Source: the human T2T-CHM13v2.0 reference genome, Homo sapiens
Length of the DNA: 64,000 nt
Assembly: GCF_009914755.1 (NCBI RefSeq)
Contig: NC_060926.1
Strand: one strand, 5' to 3'
Shown: positions 59,799 to 64,000 of the stretch, piece after piece
Position numbering within the stretch: position 1 is the first letter of the stretch
How the letters are laid out: each line of letters starts with the position of its first letter
Translations under genes and position numbers: made by a program
Notes under the pieces: generated by a model
What the model saw: only the letters and a program-made list of their open reading frames with translations
What the model was told of the DNA's origin: nothing
The model's database searches: none

Positions 59799-60116
59799 AG
59801 TGGTAGGGGCAAGAAAAGAGAAGTAGCTGCCAGTAGGGTGGTAGCTATGGAAAGGTTATGGCCAATGATGATGCCCAGAGGTAGTTTGGGGCAAGGTATT
59901 ATACGATGTTTATTAATAATGTTTCCAAGCTCAGAAATCAATCAGTAAAGCCCTACCTGCAGTGGGGGAAGGTAACTAGTGCAGGAGAACAAACTCCTGC
60001 TGGGTTCTCTGCCCTCGGTGCATACACCAAGGATGCTCAGCGCAAACATGTGCTCAAACTATAGAAACTGCAAGTTTACCAACACGCTTAAGAAACAATA
60101 CAACGCAAGTCTAAAC

Positions 60117-60387
60117 AACTTTAGGCCACTTGAAATCCTTTTCTGAAGTAGGTGGGTACAAAACATAAATAATCACCACCAAAAAAGATGCATTATCTTT
60201 TGACAGCACAAAACCTGGTCCTTCCCCTTATTTGCTTTGGCTGCCTTAAAGGTCACCAAAACTAAATTCACTCCAGTTGTAGTAACTCTTTCCTCTTTAC
60301 CAACTCCTTGTTCCATTTTATAGTAGCTTTAACTTTAGAGCCACTTCAAATCCTTTTCTGAAGCAGGTGGGTGCAAAATATAAATAA
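60117..60387 (+). repeat. 57-bp direct repeat pair (60117-60172 and 60331-60387)
   Basis: 52 of 57 positions identical by manual alignment. Confidence 0.85.
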
Positions 60388-60452
60388 GATAGCAGAATTG
60401 CAATATGTGTACACATAGATTTATTCATTCTTGGCTGCAAATGAGAAAATTA

Positions 60453-60861
<409 letters not shown>

Positions 60862-61181
60862 CTAAGGCGAGAGGCATACATTCAACTCATAAAAAAATTT
60901 AAAAGGACACTATTAATTGGTGATTTTAAAAACAATAAAAATTAACTTTTAAAAAATGTACCATAACATAATCTGACAACTGGTGACAATAATTGCATTT
61001 AATAATTAAGTTCAAGGAAATAAAAATGGATTTAATAATTCCGGCAAAACTCTAAGCAAACTGACAAAACTCATATGAAGTAATCTTGAACGTATTAATA
61101 GAGAAAATTCACCAAGACAGGAGCATGCCATCATTTTATCCTGACTTAATATTCTATTACAGTTTCTTCACATGCCTAGAC

Positions 61182-61375
61182 CAAGAGTAGGCAAACTATA
61201 GCCTATGGGCCAGTCACCCAATTTTGTACGTAAGTTTTATTAGTTTGCATATTGCCTGTGGCTACTTTTGCACTAAGAAGGCAGAGCTGAACCGCTATGA
61301 TAGAGATTTCATGGCCTGCAAAGCTGAAAACATTTACTCTAACTGCACCTTTAAGAAAGAACTTACAAAACTCTG
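61182..61375 (+). mobile_element. MER58A-like hAT-Charlie MITE
   Basis: 'caagagtaggcaaactatagcctatgggcca'; perfect 8-bp TSD gcctagac. Confidence 0.8.
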
Positions 61376-61767
61376 GCCTAGACCCTAGGGATCCTCATTA
61401 ATAAAGATAAATTATTCTTATGGTTAGAAGAAAAAGTCGCCACCAATATAAGTAAATGCTTGCCTGATAGTCCAAAAATTTCCCAGAAAGCAAAATATAT
61501 AAATTACTATGTATTAGCCAGCAAAATGAACAAAAATAATCATTACACTAGCTACTTATGTCTATAACTTTGTTTACAATAGCTTATATGTACATATAAT
61601 ATACATATATATAACAGAGATGACAAAAAATGTCTAATTTTGTTAAGTCAGGCTTTGCAAAAATCAAACTAAAACACAACCAGAGCCAAGTGCAAAAATT
61701 CAACATGTCCAAAGGATATGTGGTCATGTTGTAAGGTCCCTGCCTCACTGGTATCAGAAATAGAGTA

Positions 61768-62073
61768 CAGTCATCCCTCAGTATCTGTGGGGGATTGGTT
61801 CCAGAATCCCAGCAGATACCAAAATCCAGATTCCTCATATAAAATGATGTATTTGCAAATAACCTACAGAGATCCTCCAGTATACTTTAAATCATCTCTA
61901 AATTACTTATAACACCTAATACAATATAAATGCTATGTAGATAGTTGTTATACGATATTTTTTAATTTGCATTTTTTTATTGCGTATTGTTATTGGCTTT
62001 TCTCCCAAATATTTTTGATTCGCAGTTGGTTGAACCCATAAACATAGAATGCACAGATACACAGAGCTGACTG
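61768..62073 (+). mobile_element. MER2 (TcMar-Tigger)
   Basis: ta|cagtcatccctcagtatc ... gagctgactg|ta; homologous to the 49146 copy. Confidence 0.82.
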
Positions 62074-63117
62074 TATTCCTCATTAATCTGGAAGAAAAGC
62101 AAGGAAAACAAACCAGCAGCAGCTGGGATAAGCTCAGTTTATGCTATTCCCTTTCTCCACACAGAAATACAGGAATCTTTGGACCACACTCAATGTCTAC
62201 TCCATGTTCTTCTCAAATGTTTTATGTTGCCCACCAGCCTCATGTTTGTGGACCTCCAAGTGGTTCCTCCCAGGTGTCCCAAAGTTCTCTACCCATCCAG
62301 AAGACCAAAGGATTTCCTGGGTGAATTGACTACGTACAGTCGCTGAGACTGCATAAAAGCTATCCTAATTTAGTACTAAGGTCTACCATATCATACTTTC
62401 CTAACATTTGCATGAAATCACAGAGCAAAGCTTATAAAGCTATGGTGCCTACTGCTCTATTTCACATGTAGTGTTTGTGTCAGTTTCAAAGATTAACCAC
62501 TGCCAAGTGTTCAGAAAACAGGCCAGGTTCCATAAAACGCTGCCACATCTCAGGTGTTGAGGCAATAATTAAAGAGAATGAACGTCAATGAACAGGTCAG
62601 TAAAAGGAACAGCTGATTGTAGGGTAAAAAGCAGCTCCTTTGTGGTGAACTGGAGGAGCCATTTCTGATAGTCAAATGTCCCGGTCATTGGAGAAATGTA
62701 CAGACCACATCTTTCAACCTTCCAAATTTTGGTTGAATTTGGATGGTAAATATGGGCTTTTTTACTAAGTAAACATTGTTGCCTGTAATAACTTAGCAAT
62801 TGTCTACATTCATAAAGCATGAAGACAGGTAAACAAAATGATAAAAACTGAAGGTAAAATAGACAAAAGCAAAAGCACCTGGCAAAATAAAAGCTGAAAT
62901 ATTCAAATATTGGTTTTCTCCTACAAGATCATGCGCCCAGACTCAGGGGCCACTGCTCCAACTGAAGTAGAGATGCTCTCCCTGTGAATCTGGCTTCTCT
63001 GGTTCAGAGGAAGTATCATGTCTGTGAAAGGTTAATTATCCTAGTAATCCTATGCCATTTTTCAAAAACTGCAAAGAAATTGCTTTATAGTTGGCCTCAT
63101 TCTGAGATGGTATTTCA

Positions 63118-64000
<883 letters not shown>

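Overview
Primate, almost certainly human, genomic DNA covering the 3' two-thirds of BARD1 (BRCA1-associated RING domain 1) on the minus strand. It runs from inside exon 4 (window end, codon ~150) through exons 5-11, which encode the ankyrin repeats and tandem BRCT domains, to a ~3 kb 3' UTR ending near 8220. All splice junctions were read directly and are GT-AG, and the spliced frame is open. Downstream of the gene (1-6960) is a nested transposon stack: an L1PB carrying a solo LTR12, a near-consensus human-specific AluYb8 and a truncated L1PA3. The introns hold Alus, L1/L2/MIR, MaLR LTRs, a near-complete Tigger1, and Tigger4/MER2/MER82/MER58/MER3 elements. I see no new gene system, CRISPR array or RNA gene. 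The best leads are: (1) a ~96% identical same-orientation L1PA pair that exactly brackets exons 8-11, a candidate NAHR deletion substrate; (2) cryptic exons and donors around a weak exon 10 donor, some held in hairpins; (3) Alu polarity that could favour an in-frame, stop-free exon 5-7 circRNA; (4) a bistable double hairpin; (5) an 84-nt 7SL-derived mini-retroposon; (6) an Alu tail converted to a G-quadruplex; (7) a solo Hsmar1 TIR. Repeat subfamily names and literature links come from memory and were not checked against databases.
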